A stretch of DNA of 64,000 nt, taken from Chloroflexota bacterium. Lineage in GTDB: Bacteria; Chloroflexota; Dehalococcoidia; Lucifugimonadales; UBA3495. How positions within the stretch are numbered: position 1 is the stretch's first letter; each line of letters begins with the position of its first letter. Below the pieces are notes generated by a model. The model had not been told where the DNA came from. It saw only the letters and a list, made by a program, of their open reading frames with translations, and did no database searches. Shown in pieces: positions 8,961 through 19,191 of this stretch. Location: the NCBI GenBank assembly GCA_027623675.1, contig JAQBVF010000016.1:17187-81186 (forward strand). The letters are read 5' to 3'. The translations under genes and the position numbers were made by a program.

Positions 8961-10769
8961 GTGGTATCGGATAAAAGACATTGGCCCTTGATCAGTTGGT
9001 TGAATCATAAGATCAAAGACCGCCTGGACATCTACTCCTACCTCCAGACCCTTCTCAAGCTTCTCCATCGAGCACATGTACCCATCGATGCCCTGTTGGC
9101 CATCGTCGTCGGCATTGCCGCCGGCCTTGGCGCTGTCGGGTTCCGCTATCTGTTGGAGATCGTCACCGACCTCTTCTTTGTGGGCGGTCAAGACCTGTTG
9201 GGCTCGATGGGGAAATGGTACGTGGTCCTGATACCGGCCGCGGGGGGCCTGCTGGTTGGCCCCTTGGTGTATCGATTTGCCCGGGAGGCCCAGGGCCACG
9301 GAGTGCCTGAGGTGATGGCTGCCGTGGTGGCCAGGGGAGGCCGCATACGGCCCCGGGTTGCGATCGTGAAGACACTGGCGTCATCCATCTGCATCGGCAG
9401 CGGCGGCTCGGTGGGACGCGAAGGGCCGATCGTGCAGATCGGGTCAGCCATCGGTTCCACCATCGGGCAGGTGTTGCGCCTATCCCCGGGAGATATCCGG
9501 CTCTTGGTGGCATGTGGCGCCGCGGGTGGCATCTCGGGCACCTTCAACGCGCCGCTGGCGGGCGTCTTGTTCAGCATGGAAATCATTCTGCACCGCTATA
9601 CCGGCCGCAGTTTTGGTCTTGTCGCGTTGAGTTCCGTTACCTCGGCGGCGATCGCTCACGCCTTCTTCGGCGATTCTGCCGTTTTCTTGATACCCAGTTA
9701 CGAGTTGGCCAGCAGCTGGGAGTTCCCGCTTTATATCCTGCTGGGCGTCATCGCCGCGTTTGTCGCCTATCTGTTCGTAGCCGTGCTTTACAAAAGCGAG
9801 AACCTTTTCGAGGCCCTCAAGTTCCCCCCATATCTCAAGCCGGTCATTGGCGGGTTGGCTGTGGGCTTGATCGGTGTGTTCTATCCGCAGGTCTTTGGCG
9901 TTGGCTACGGCACGGTAGATTTCATTCTGGCCGGGCACTTGGCCTTGAGTTTGCTGCTGCCACTACTATTGATCAAGATTCTGGCGACATCGCTCACCCT
10001 TGGCAGCGGCGGCAGCGGCGGCGTTTTTGCGCCATCACTCTTCATCGGGGCGGTGCTGGGAGGAGCCTTCGGAAACATCGGCAACGAATTGTTGCCCGGT
10101 ATAACCGGGCCGGAAGGCGCCTACGCCCTGGTTGGCATGGCAGCCGTTTTTGCGGCCGCCGCCCGGGCGCCGGCCACCTCGATCGTCATTCTCTTCGAGA
10201 TGACCCGAGACTACGACATCATCCTCCCTCTGATCGCCGCGGTAGTGGTGAGTACGATCGTAGCCAGGATATTGCGCCGGGAAAGTATCTACACCATCAA
10301 GATGCAACAACAAGGGGTGTCTGTCCCGGACGATGAACAATGGGACGCGCTTAGAGATATACAGGTGGGCGACGCGATGACCACGGAATATCCCACCATC
10401 GATTACGACGCATCCCTGGCTGACCTGAACGCGCTGTTCATCGAAACAGGCCATCACGGCTTCCCGGTATTGGATGAACACCAGAACTTGGTTGGGATAG
10501 TCACCGTTTCCGACCTGAGGTCCATCAAACCCGGCAGCGGCCAAACGGTGAAAGACATCGCCACCTTCGACTTGGTGGTGGCGTTTCCCGACCAATCGCT
10601 GCACGATGCTCTGGCTCAATTTTGGGGCCGGGACGTGGGCCACATCCCCGTTGTCGACCGAGACGACCGGTCCAAACTTCTAGGGGTGGTGCGCCGGCAC
10701 AATATCGTCCAGGCTTACGCGGACAGTACCCAAATGGGCACGGCCAGCGCCCCGAGCGGCGCAGGTTAG
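8961..10769 (+). CDS. ClC chloride channel/transporter with C-terminal CBS pair (start uncertain)
   Basis: GHGVPE, GREGP, GGVFAP, IYT, then CBS domains (HHGFPV). Confidence 0.9.
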   Translation: MVSDKRHWPLISWLNHKIKDRLDIYSYLQTLLKLLHRAHVPIDALLAIVVGIAAGLGAVGFRYLLEIVTDLFFVGGQDLLGSMGKWYVVLIPAAGGLLVGPLVYRFAREAQGHGVPEVMAAVVARGGRIRPRVAIVKTLASSICIGSGGSVGREGPIVQIGSAIGSTIGQVLRLSPGDIRLLVACGAAGGISGTFNAPLAGVLFSMEIILHRYTGRSFGLVALSSVTSAAIAHAFFGDSAVFLIPSYELASSWEFPLYILLGVIAAFVAYLFVAVLYKSENLFEALKFPPYLKPVIGGLAVGLIGVFYPQVFGVGYGTVDFILAGHLALSLLLPLLLIKILATSLTLGSGGSGGVFAPSLFIGAVLGGAFGNIGNELLPGITGPEGAYALVGMAAVFAAAARAPATSIVILFEMTRDYDIILPLIAAVVVSTIVARILRRESIYTIKMQQQGVSVPDDEQWDALRDIQVGDAMTTEYPTIDYDASLADLNALFIETGHHGFPVLDEHQNLVGIVTVSDLRSIKPGSGQTVKDIATFDLVVAFPDQSLHDALAQFWGRDVGHIPVVDRDDRSKLLGVVRRHNIVQAYADSTQMGTASAPSGAG

Positions 10770-10914
10770 GCTGAACGATCGCTCGCAAATACGGTTGATC
10801 GAATCAATAACCAGGCCGTTGACTAGTTGACTAATTGTTTGTCCGGCGAGTAGTTCCAACCGTGCCGCTGCCACATCTCGCGGTCCGTCTCCCAACACCG
10901 CCGCTCCTGGTCCG

Positions 10915-10943
10915 TTGACCCCCGGCGCCTGTCGGAATACAAT
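10915..10943 (+). promoter_or_regulatory. Sigma70-type promoter
   Basis: TTGACC-17 nt-TACAAT upstream of SDR 11059. Confidence 0.6.
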
Positions 10944-11058
10944 CCGGCGTGACCGGTGACCCCCTTCCCCAGAACCTAACCACCAACTGGCAACCGGAAC
11001 GATTATCTCCGCAGGCTCACTGTCACTTGAGCAGCCGCGGCTAGGGAGGCCAACAGCC

Positions 11059-11853
11059 ATGGACCTGTCACTGGAAGGAAAGATTGCCATCGTAACCGGC
11101 GGCAGCAAAGGGATCGGCCGGGCCACGGCCATGGCATTGGCCCAGGAGGGCGTCGACGTGGCCATCTGCGCCAGGGGCCTGGAAGAACTTGAGGAAGCCG
11201 CAGCCGAGATCCGCGCCAAGACGGGACGCAGGGCGCTGGCCGTGCGGGCCGACATGGGCGACCCGGCGGACATCAAGAGTCTGGTGGCCGCCACGATGGC
11301 CGAACTGGGCGGAGTCGACATCCTGGTCAATAACGCGGTGAACTCCACCGCCGCGCCGTTCATGGAACTGGCCGACGAAGACTGGATGAACCATATCAAC
11401 GTCAAAGTCATGGGCTATGTCCGTTGTTCCCGGGAGGTCATCCCCCACATGCGGGCAAGGGGCGGAGGCCGGATAATCAACATCGGGGGAATGGCCGCAC
11501 GGTCCGCCAACACGTTGACCAACAGCAACGGCGTCACCAACTCGGCGGTGTCCAACATCGCCAAGAACCTGTCGGACCAGGTGGCCGCCGACGGCATCTT
11601 GGTCAATTGCATCCACCCAGGCACCACCAGGACTCCCCGGCAGGATATGCTGTTGGAACGCCAGGCGCGCGACGCCAACATCACCGTCGCGGAAGCCACG
11701 AAGCGGGCGGTGTCCCACATCCCCATCGGCCGCATGGTCGAGTCGGAGGAGATTGCCGACCTGGTGCTGTTCCTGGTCTCCAACCGTGCGTCCGCCATCA
11801 CCGGCCAGACCATCGCCGTCGAAGGCGGAGCCGGCAGGGGCATGCATTACTGA
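11059..11853 (+). CDS. SDR oxidoreductase with atypical active site
   Basis: TGGSKGIG, DILVNNA; YxxxK position reads NGVTN. Confidence 0.85.
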   Translation: MDLSLEGKIAIVTGGSKGIGRATAMALAQEGVDVAICARGLEELEEAAAEIRAKTGRRALAVRADMGDPADIKSLVAATMAELGGVDILVNNAVNSTAAPFMELADEDWMNHINVKVMGYVRCSREVIPHMRARGGGRIINIGGMAARSANTLTNSNGVTNSAVSNIAKNLSDQVAADGILVNCIHPGTTRTPRQDMLLERQARDANITVAEATKRAVSHIPIGRMVESEEIADLVLFLVSNRASAITGQTIAVEGGAGRGMHY

Positions 11854-12108
11854 TTCCATCGTCGACCCCAGAGTCGGTTGGCCTGGCGGATGTGTCGACC
11901 GGGAAAGGCGGCAGTTCTTCTCGCCAATCACCGCTGCATCTGTTAACGTCGAAAGGCATCCAAACGGGAAACCCGGTGCTGCCATGGCCCAACTTGGGTG
12001 GCCGACTAGAACCTGGTCCGATCGCCACCCTTTTCTGGGGCCGCCCACCCTAGGCACACGGGACCCGGCAATCCGAGAATAAACCGCGAGACCGCTAAGG
12101 AAACCCCG

Positions 12109-13047
12109 ATGATTGACCCGGCCAATGGACTGGAACGGATATCCCGCGCCCTACGCCCACGCACTCTGCTGCTCCTGACGCCTTTGCTGCTGTTGTTGGT
12201 GGCGGCATGCGCCTCGGGGTCCGACGACCCCATAATCTCCGATGCGCAGGAGGCGGGTGGACCGGAATACTCGGGGATCGTCATCACCACGGATATGGCC
12301 GTGGGCCACAACCGGCTCAAGTTCGGCATCATCAACCGGGAAGGCATGCCCATACCGTCAGAGTCCGCCGAAGTCAGCGTCAACCTCCTGGTGCCCGGAG
12401 AGGACACAAGAGTGCCCAAAGACACGGCGACAGCAAGATTCATCGACTGGCCGACCTCGGTCGGCGGCGTCTTCGTGGCCGAGGTGGAATTGGACACCGC
12501 CGGGGCGTATCAGATGGACATCAACACCACGACCAAAGATGGCGCCGCGGTCTTTGCCCAGGCCAGTTTCCAGGTCCAGGAGGAATCCAAAACGCCTGCC
12601 ATCGGCTCGCCAGCCCCAGCCAGCGTCACCCTCACGGCAGCCAAGGCTGAAGACATCACCCACATCACCAGTTCACTCGAACCCGACGTAGACCTATACG
12701 AATTTTCGATCGACGAGGCGTTGCAGCAGGACAAGCCGTTGGTGATAGTGTTCGCCACTCCGGCTTTCTGCGTGAGCGCGACCTGCGGGCCACAGGTGGG
12801 CGAACTGACCAAGGTCAAGGAGAGTCTGGGAGCACGGGCCAACTATATCCACGTGGAAGTGTTTCAAGACCCGCACCTGATCGAGGCACAAAGGCCCACC
12901 GGCGGACTGGTTCCCGCGGTTAGCGAGTGGGGTTTGCCCACCGAGCCGTGGACGTTCATCGTAGACAGCAAAGGTCTGGTGCGCGCCAAATTTGAACAGT
13001 TCACGACAGCCGAGGAGATCGAAAGGACGCTGCTGGAGATCCTCTAG
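12109..13047 (+). CDS. Lipoprotein with C-terminal thioredoxin-like domain
   Basis: Lipobox VAAC; KPLVIVFATPAFCVSATCGP; cis-Pro-like TEPWTFIVD. Confidence 0.65.
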   Translation: MIDPANGLERISRALRPRTLLLLTPLLLLLVAACASGSDDPIISDAQEAGGPEYSGIVITTDMAVGHNRLKFGIINREGMPIPSESAEVSVNLLVPGEDTRVPKDTATARFIDWPTSVGGVFVAEVELDTAGAYQMDINTTTKDGAAVFAQASFQVQEESKTPAIGSPAPASVTLTAAKAEDITHITSSLEPDVDLYEFSIDEALQQDKPLVIVFATPAFCVSATCGPQVGELTKVKESLGARANYIHVEVFQDPHLIEAQRPTGGLVPAVSEWGLPTEPWTFIVDSKGLVRAKFEQFTTAEEIERTLLEIL

Positions 13048-13382
13048 GGTTTTGGGGCGTCCCGGACGTCCAGCGCGATCAGGCGGTCGTACCTTTCCCG
13101 ATAGGTCACCACCACCGGTTCACCCAGCACCTGGTGCTGCCGTAGGTGAGCACCGTTGATGCCGACCGGCCCCTCGGTGATAAACTCCCAGTCCTTGCCG
13201 TCGTCCCCGCGCACCCGTATCATCTCAATCTCGGCCAGATTGCGGTCGACTACCTCCAGCACCAAGCCCGTCACCTGCTGCTGCCCTCCGCCACACGCCG
13301 CCAGAACGAGCGCAACGGCCATGGCGGCGATCAAGGCAACCGCCACCGTCTTGGACCTGTAGCTTCCCGCGGCCGGCGTCAT
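13044..13382 (-). CDS. Small putative lipoprotein, beta-rich (OB-fold-like), with HLRQH motif
   Basis: Lipobox LAAC; overlaps the permease stop. Confidence 0.6.
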   Translation of the reverse strand: MTPAAGSYRSKTVAVALIAAMAVALVLAACGGGQQQVTGLVLEVVDRNLAEIEMIRVRGDDGKDWEFITEGPVGINGAHLRQHQVLGEPVVVTYRERYDRLIALDVRDAPKP

Positions 13383-14440
13383 CCGAACTTGAACACTCTA
13401 GTGGCCGCGGCCGCGGTGACCACGATCCAGGCTCCCAGCGCCGCCAGACTGGGCCAGGTCTCCCAGATCGGCACGCCATCCACGGCGACATCGCGCAGCG
13501 CCGTCAGCATGGGGGTAAGGGGCAGAGCCTGCACCACCTGGGGCATGACCCACGGCAGGGCTGCGGTGGAGAAGAATGTCCCGGCCAAGAACATCATTGG
13601 CAGGGCCACCGCGTTGCCCATGCCCGAGGCGGCAGCTGGGGTTTTGGCCCAGGCCGAGAGTATGAAGCCGATATTCAAGAAGACGATGCTGCCCAGGGCC
13701 ACGATGGCAAAGACCCACAGCAGGTTGCCGTTAACGTGCCCGCCGAACCCAAAAACACCCACGGCCAGGATTATCGCCGCTTGGACCAGGGCCAGCGCCA
13801 CATGGGCCGTGATCTCCGCCGCGAAATACTTCCAAATGGGGAGGGGCGTTACCAGCAGCCGCTTCAGGATGGACTGGTTGCGGAAGGTGCTGATGCGCAC
13901 GGCGATGGAGATGATGGAGTTGGTCATGATCCCCAGGGCCAGCAGTCCCAGCAACACGTTGTCGTAATAGTCGACCTGGTCTACTTGAATCACGTCGGCG
14001 GTCAGCAGTTGGGAAGGCACGACGGGCCCGTTGGATGACTGAATCTCGGAAACCAGATTGCGGACCGCACCGTCCACCAACTGGTTCCGGTCGGGATTGC
14101 GCGTGCTGTAGACCAGAGTGACCGAAGCGGAGTCGTCGAACTTCTCCGGGATGATTATCAGATAGCCCAGGTCCCCGTCGGCGATCTTCTCCCGCGCCGC
14201 GGCCGGGTCGGTTTCCCCGGATTCCAGGTTCAGGAACTCGATCTCCCCCAGCCGCTCCAGGAACAACTCTGAACCCGGACTTTCGGACTGGTCGATAACC
14301 ACCGCATCGGCCGCGCCCACGCCGTTCACCTCAAACAGGCCAAACACGACCACCAGCAGCAGGGGAAAGAACAGCGCCCAGAAGATGGCCTGCCGGTTGC
14401 GCGACATCATCTTGAGATTGGCCAGGACTAATGCGATCAA
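13379..14440 (-). CDS. ABC-2 type transporter permease
   Basis: One N-terminal TM, extracellular domain, several C-terminal TMs, LKRLLVTP. Confidence 0.85.
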   Translation of the reverse strand: MIALVLANLKMMSRNRQAIFWALFFPLLLVVVFGLFEVNGVGAADAVVIDQSESPGSELFLERLGEIEFLNLESGETDPAAAREKIADGDLGYLIIIPEKFDDSASVTLVYSTRNPDRNQLVDGAVRNLVSEIQSSNGPVVPSQLLTADVIQVDQVDYYDNVLLGLLALGIMTNSIISIAVRISTFRNQSILKRLLVTPLPIWKYFAAEITAHVALALVQAAIILAVGVFGFGGHVNGNLLWVFAIVALGSIVFLNIGFILSAWAKTPAAASGMGNAVALPMMFLAGTFFSTAALPWVMPQVVQALPLTPMLTALRDVAVDGVPIWETWPSLAALGAWIVVTAAAATRVFKFG

Positions 14441-14442
14441 GG

Positions 14443-15399
14443 CTAGTCCCGCAGTTCGCTGCCGGTGAGTTCAAGAAACACGTCTTCCAACGTAACCGGG
14501 GTGATCTGAAGGTTCTCCAGGCCCAGGTCGGTCTTGGCTATCTCGTCCAGCATGGCTTTCAGCGCCGACGGAGTGTTCGCCAGGCGCAGCAGGTAGGTGT
14601 TCTCTGGCATCGCCTCTTTGCCCTTCGGCTCGGCCTGTTCGCAGGACTGAATCAGCTCGATGTTGCCGTTAAGGGCGCTCAACTGCGTAGCGGTCATGGG
14701 CTTGTCCATCGTGAGCTTCACGGTATAGCTGGCTTGCAATTGGTTGATCAGATTGCGGGGGGTGTCCAACGCCAGTATCTTGCCGTGGTCCATGATGGCC
14801 AGCCGGTCGCAAAGTACCTCGGCCTCTTCCATGTAATGGGAGGTGAGGACGACGGTGACCCCGCGCTGGTTGACCTCTCTGATCAACCCCCAAAGGTTGC
14901 GTCGCGCCTGGGGGTCCAGACCGGTGGTGGGCTCGTCGAGGATCATCAGTTCCGGGTCATTAACCAGGCTGGCCGCCACCGCGAAACGCTGCTGCTGGCC
15001 ACCGGACAGCTGCCCGACTCGGCTGGCTGCCTTGTCTGAAAGGTCGACAAGCTCCAGCAGGGCCTCGGGTGCGGTCCGTTTCGGGTAGAAGCTGCCGAGC
15101 AGGGAGAGAATCTCTTTGAGGGTGAGATAGCTGTAGTAGGCGGAAGCCTGGAGCTGCACTCCGATACGGGCCTTCACCTCGGCGGCGCTGGCCTGCACAT
15201 CCAGCCCCAAGACACGGACTCGACCTTCCGATGGCTTCTGGAGGGTTTCCATAATCTCCAGAGTGGTGGTCTTGCCGGCCCCATTGGGGCCCAATATCCC
15301 AAATACCTCACCTCGTTCGACGGAAAAAGACACCCCGTCGACGGCGGTGAGGGACCCGAATCTCTTAACTAGGTTTTCAACTTGGACTGCAGACTCCAT
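14443..15399 (-). CDS. ABC transporter ATP-binding protein
   Basis: GPNGAGKTT, LSGGQ, ILDEPTTGLD. Confidence 0.92.
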   Translation of the reverse strand: MESAVQVENLVKRFGSLTAVDGVSFSVERGEVFGILGPNGAGKTTTLEIMETLQKPSEGRVRVLGLDVQASAAEVKARIGVQLQASAYYSYLTLKEILSLLGSFYPKRTAPEALLELVDLSDKAASRVGQLSGGQQQRFAVAASLVNDPELMILDEPTTGLDPQARRNLWGLIREVNQRGVTVVLTSHYMEEAEVLCDRLAIMDHGKILALDTPRNLINQLQASYTVKLTMDKPMTATQLSALNGNIELIQSCEQAEPKGKEAMPENTYLLRLANTPSALKAMLDEIAKTDLGLENLQITPVTLEDVFLELTGSELRD

Positions 15400-15542
15400 G
15401 ACAGCAGTGAATGATATCACAATCCACTATCAGATTCAGGCGATCGACCCTGGCCGAACGCCGTTGGTCCCGCCTTTCTGAGCGGTCTGGAAATCGCCCG
15501 CCCAGCACCGTCGTGACCGTGACTGGCCACGCCCAAGATTCA

Positions 15543-15571
15543 TTGACATCATTCGGGGGCTATGTTACGGT
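15543..15571 (+). promoter_or_regulatory. Probable promoter upstream of ctaA
   Basis: TTGACA-17 nt-TACGGT with extended -10 TG. Confidence 0.5.
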
Positions 15572-15848
15572 TCGGGGCGCGCCGGCAGGCCGATTTCCGC
15601 CCGGATGGAACAAGGGATTTCTGGCCGGCGAAAGACTCTGTGCCGTAAACATCCGGCAAATTCTAACCCAAGCTCAGCCGGTCACGGAATCTCCCGGCAG
15701 ACACTCTAGCCGGAACCCCGAATCATGACCTCCGACCAGGACCCCAAACAATGATAAGCGGCGCCCACCTGTCGCGGCCAAGCGACGCCAGTGCGATTCA
15801 CGCCATCTCATCCGCTCCAACCCTCACCGGGTTATTCCGGCCCTATTG

Positions 15849-16796
15849 ATGACCGCACAAAATCCCGGTTCTTTCCACAACTGGTTCCGGAATATCGCCG
15901 CAATCTCCGTCGCCGCCGTTTTCGCACTGGTCATAGTCGGCGGAATCGTTCGGGTCACCGGCTCCGGGCTCGGCTGCCCCGATTGGCCACGCTGCTACGG
16001 CGGAATACTGCCTCCCGCCGACACCAAAGCGATCATCGAATTCTCCCACCGGGTTACGGCATCGTTGCTGGTGGGGCCGTTGATACTGTTCCTGTTCATC
16101 GCCGCCTGGGTGAAGTACCGCCGGGAGCTCTGGATATTGGTCCCCGCGACCGTGTCCTTCGGGTTGGTCATCGCCCAAGCATTGCTGGGCCGGTCCACCG
16201 TGCTGAATGAACTGTCCGGGACCAACGTGATTGCCCACCTGGCCGTTGGCGAAGCGTTGGTGGCCGCCCTGGTTGTCTTGGCCGTGGTGGCCTTCCGTGG
16301 CCCCCTATCCCTGTCCATTCCCAGTTGGGCCGTTGGGAAGACCCGCCGGTTTCCAACCTTGGCCGTTATCGCCGGTGTGGCAGTGTTCCTGCTGCTGCTG
16401 TCCGGCTCCTACGTGACCATCACCGGGTCCACCGGCGCCTGTTTTGATTGGCCCCTGTGCCAGGGCGATCTACTCCCCGAGCACCGGTTGCAGATGATAC
16501 ACATGTTCCACCGCTACGTGGCCGGCTTCGTCGGACTGTTCGTGCTGTATAGCCTGCATCTTGGGTTCAGGGGCAGGACGCAGCCTTTTGAGATTCGAGT
16601 GTTGTCCATGATTGCCACCACCTTGTTCTTGGCCCAAGTGATCGCCGGAGCAGGCGCCGTGTGGACCGACTTCAGTCAGGCCCTGCGCGCTCTGCACCTG
16701 GCCATGGCCACTGCGGTCTGGATCAGCCTGTCGGCCCTAATCATCCTGACATTCTCGCAACCCGGAAGGCGCTGGAACGGTACATCCAGTGGCTGA
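15849..16796 (+). CDS. ctaA: Heme A synthase (COX15/CtaA)
   Basis: GLGCPDWPRC, EFSHR, CFDWPLC, HMFHR, LH. Confidence 0.9.
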   Translation: MTAQNPGSFHNWFRNIAAISVAAVFALVIVGGIVRVTGSGLGCPDWPRCYGGILPPADTKAIIEFSHRVTASLLVGPLILFLFIAAWVKYRRELWILVPATVSFGLVIAQALLGRSTVLNELSGTNVIAHLAVGEALVAALVVLAVVAFRGPLSLSIPSWAVGKTRRFPTLAVIAGVAVFLLLLSGSYVTITGSTGACFDWPLCQGDLLPEHRLQMIHMFHRYVAGFVGLFVLYSLHLGFRGRTQPFEIRVLSMIATTLFLAQVIAGAGAVWTDFSQALRALHLAMATAVWISLSALIILTFSQPGRRWNGTSSG

Positions 16797-17718
16797 GCAT
16801 GCTGAGCCGATCCCCGGAGACGTTTCCCAACCGCACGAGAAGCCCGGCGGGTTGATGGGTCTGGTTAATGATTATGTAACCCTCACCAAGCCGCCCATCA
16901 TCGTTCTACTGGTGATAACCGCCATCGGTGGCATGTTCCTGGCTGCCGAGGGTGTTCCCTCACTTCGAATCTTGGCCCTGGTCTGCGCCGGAGGGGCGCT
17001 GGGCGCCGGCGGCGCCAACGCCATCAACCACTTCCTCGACCAGGACATCGACGCCGTCATGTCGCGTACGGTGTCCCGCCCGGTGGCCGGCAACCGCATC
17101 GCGCCGCTCCACGCCTTGATCTTCGGCATCCTTCTGAATGTGGGCGCCTTCTTTGTGCTCACTTATTGGGTTAACCTGCTGTCGGCGTCGCTGACACTGT
17201 CGGCGACGTTGTTCTACGTGCTGGTCTACACCGGCTGGTTGAAACGCAACACTCCGCAGAACATCGTTATCGGCGGGGCGGCGGGAGCGATACCCCCCAT
17301 GGTCGGTTGGGCTGCCGTGACCGGCGGGCTGGACCTGCCAGCCCTTTATCTCTTCACGATCGTCTTCTTCTGGACTCCGCCCCATTTCTGGGCGCTGTCC
17401 CTGATGATTCAGAATGACTACGCGGCCGCGGGCGTGCCCATGCTTCCGGTGGTGGTTGGCGAAGAGCGGACCGCACAGAACATCTTCGTCTACAGCCTGG
17501 CGTTGGTGGCATTGACCCTGCTCTTCGGCGTGTCCGACGCGGTGGGCTTGGTCTACCTGTCCTCAGCAGCACTCTTGGGCGCCGTCTTCGTTGTCATGGC
17601 CTGGAAGCTCAAACGGGAGCATACGGTGCGCAGGGCCAAGCCGTTGTATCTATATTCGCTGCTGTATCTGGCGCTGCTGTTTTCGGTGATGCTGGCCGAC
17701 AGCGTGTACCGGTTCTAG
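16789..17718 (+). CDS. ctaB: Protoheme IX farnesyltransferase (heme O synthase)
   Basis: LTKP, NHFLDQDIDAVMSRT..RP, FWTPPHFWAL. Confidence 0.95.
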   Translation: MAEHAEPIPGDVSQPHEKPGGLMGLVNDYVTLTKPPIIVLLVITAIGGMFLAAEGVPSLRILALVCAGGALGAGGANAINHFLDQDIDAVMSRTVSRPVAGNRIAPLHALIFGILLNVGAFFVLTYWVNLLSASLTLSATLFYVLVYTGWLKRNTPQNIVIGGAAGAIPPMVGWAAVTGGLDLPALYLFTIVFFWTPPHFWALSLMIQNDYAAAGVPMLPVVVGEERTAQNIFVYSLALVALTLLFGVSDAVGLVYLSSAALLGAVFVVMAWKLKREHTVRRAKPLYLYSLLYLALLFSVMLADSVYRF

Positions 17719-17766
17719 ACCCGGTCCCGGCCGCTTTGCAACGGGAATGACCCATGCCCAGATGCG

Positions 17767-17794
17767 TTGACAGGCTAATCGGGGCTGTGATAAT
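17767..17794 (+). promoter_or_regulatory. Probable promoter of the oxidase operon
   Basis: TTGACA-16 nt-GATAAT. Confidence 0.5.
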
Positions 17795-17925
17795 GTCCCC
17801 CATGGTTAGTGAAAATTCGCACACACACGCTCAAGTGACCGTCGATTTAAGGGCAAAACGGCCCCTAAAAATGACCAGCCGACGGCGTGATAGTTGAGTC
17901 CGCTAAAACTCTGGGGAGTCGTAAA

Positions 17926-19119
17926 ATGGGGCTGTCGCCCTTCCGGCGGGCAGGATCCCTTTCCAAGCCAGCCGCTTCCAATTCAAGTGAGCCCACGGGA
18001 CGCTCAAGTAGTCTGAAGAACCGCTCGGTTATCTTTGGCCTGCTGGCGGCCCTGTTCTTGTTCGCCATCGGCTGCACCAAAGACGGCATGTCGACTTGGG
18101 ATGCCTACGGGCCGGTAGCCCAGAAACAGTTGGACCTGTTCAACGTCCTGTTGTGGGTTATGGTCGCGGTATTCTTCCTGGTCGAGGGCGCGCTCCTCTA
18201 CGCCATCATCCGCTACCGCAAGCGCCCCGGTCAGCCAAAACCTCCCCAGATTCACGGCAATACCACGCTAGAAGTAACCCTGACGATCATCCCGACCATC
18301 CTGGTGCTGGGGTTGGGAATATGGTCGGTCTTCACCCTGTTTGACCTGCAAGACCCGGACCCCGATGGACCGACCCCGCTTCACGTGAACGTTACCGCCC
18401 ACCAATGGTGGTTCGAGTTCGAATATCCTGACGCAGGCAACGGCAAGAAGATAATCACGGCCAATGAATTGCGCATCCCGGTTGACCGGCCCATCACCCT
18501 GCAACTGGAAAGCGATGACGTCATACATAGCTTCTGGGTGCCCAAGTTGGCCGGCAAACTGGACATGGTGCCCACCCGTAAGAACAATATGTGGTTCCAG
18601 GCCGACTCCGATAAGATTGACGACGAATTGCCGGTGACGCTCTACGGCCAGTGCGCCGAGTTGTGCGGAATAGCCCACGCTCTGATGCGGTTCCGCGTCA
18701 CGGTGATGGAACAAGCAGGGTTCGATTCCTGGGCAGCCGCCTACGGGCCGCCACCGACCAATTCGGCCAAAGCCAAGGCTGGGCAGCAACTCTTTGCCGC
18801 CAACTGCACCTTGTGCCACACCATCGACGGCCCGGACGACCCGGCCCTATCGGCCAGCAGGCTCACCGGGTTCTTGACCGGTGGTGACATAACCCCGGTC
18901 CCGGCGCCCAATCTAACCGACCTACGGACCCGCTCGACCCTGGCCGCAGGCATAATCGACCTGTCGGAAACCAGCTTGCGGGACTGGCTGCGCAACCCCG
19001 AAGACATCAAAGCCGGAAACTACATGTCAGAGAGGGCGGTGCTGTACCAGAACGGCGCGGCCAGCCTAACCGACGAAGAGATAGATGCTCTGATCGGGTA
19101 TCTGTTAGACCTACCGTAG
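17926..19119 (+). CDS. ctaC: Cytochrome c oxidase subunit II with fused cytochrome c (caa3 type); start uncertain
   Basis: Lipobox-like FAIGC, HQWW, DVIHSFW, CuA motif CAELCGIAHALM, heme c CTLCH, axial NYM. Confidence 0.92.
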   Translation: MGLSPFRRAGSLSKPAASNSSEPTGRSSSLKNRSVIFGLLAALFLFAIGCTKDGMSTWDAYGPVAQKQLDLFNVLLWVMVAVFFLVEGALLYAIIRYRKRPGQPKPPQIHGNTTLEVTLTIIPTILVLGLGIWSVFTLFDLQDPDPDGPTPLHVNVTAHQWWFEFEYPDAGNGKKIITANELRIPVDRPITLQLESDDVIHSFWVPKLAGKLDMVPTRKNNMWFQADSDKIDDELPVTLYGQCAELCGIAHALMRFRVTVMEQAGFDSWAAAYGPPPTNSAKAKAGQQLFAANCTLCHTIDGPDDPALSASRLTGFLTGGDITPVPAPNLTDLRTRSTLAAGIIDLSETSLRDWLRNPEDIKAGNYMSERAVLYQNGAASLTDEEIDALIGYLLDLP

Positions 19120-19191
19120 AACCCACCAATAGGAGCGAATGCCGCGGCGTTTCCATTGATTAACCAGTGGATCAAGCCCGGATAGCAAGCG

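Noticed and set aside
8961..10769. ClC as a fluoride-specific CLC-F antiporter because it neighbours crcB
   Set aside because: Motifs are GHGVP/GREGP/GVFAP, not the CLC-F GNNLI/GREGT/GEVTP set
12845..12860. parS-like ATATCCACGTGGAAGT
   Set aside because: Only about 11 of 16 positions match, and it lies inside a coding region (YIHVEV)
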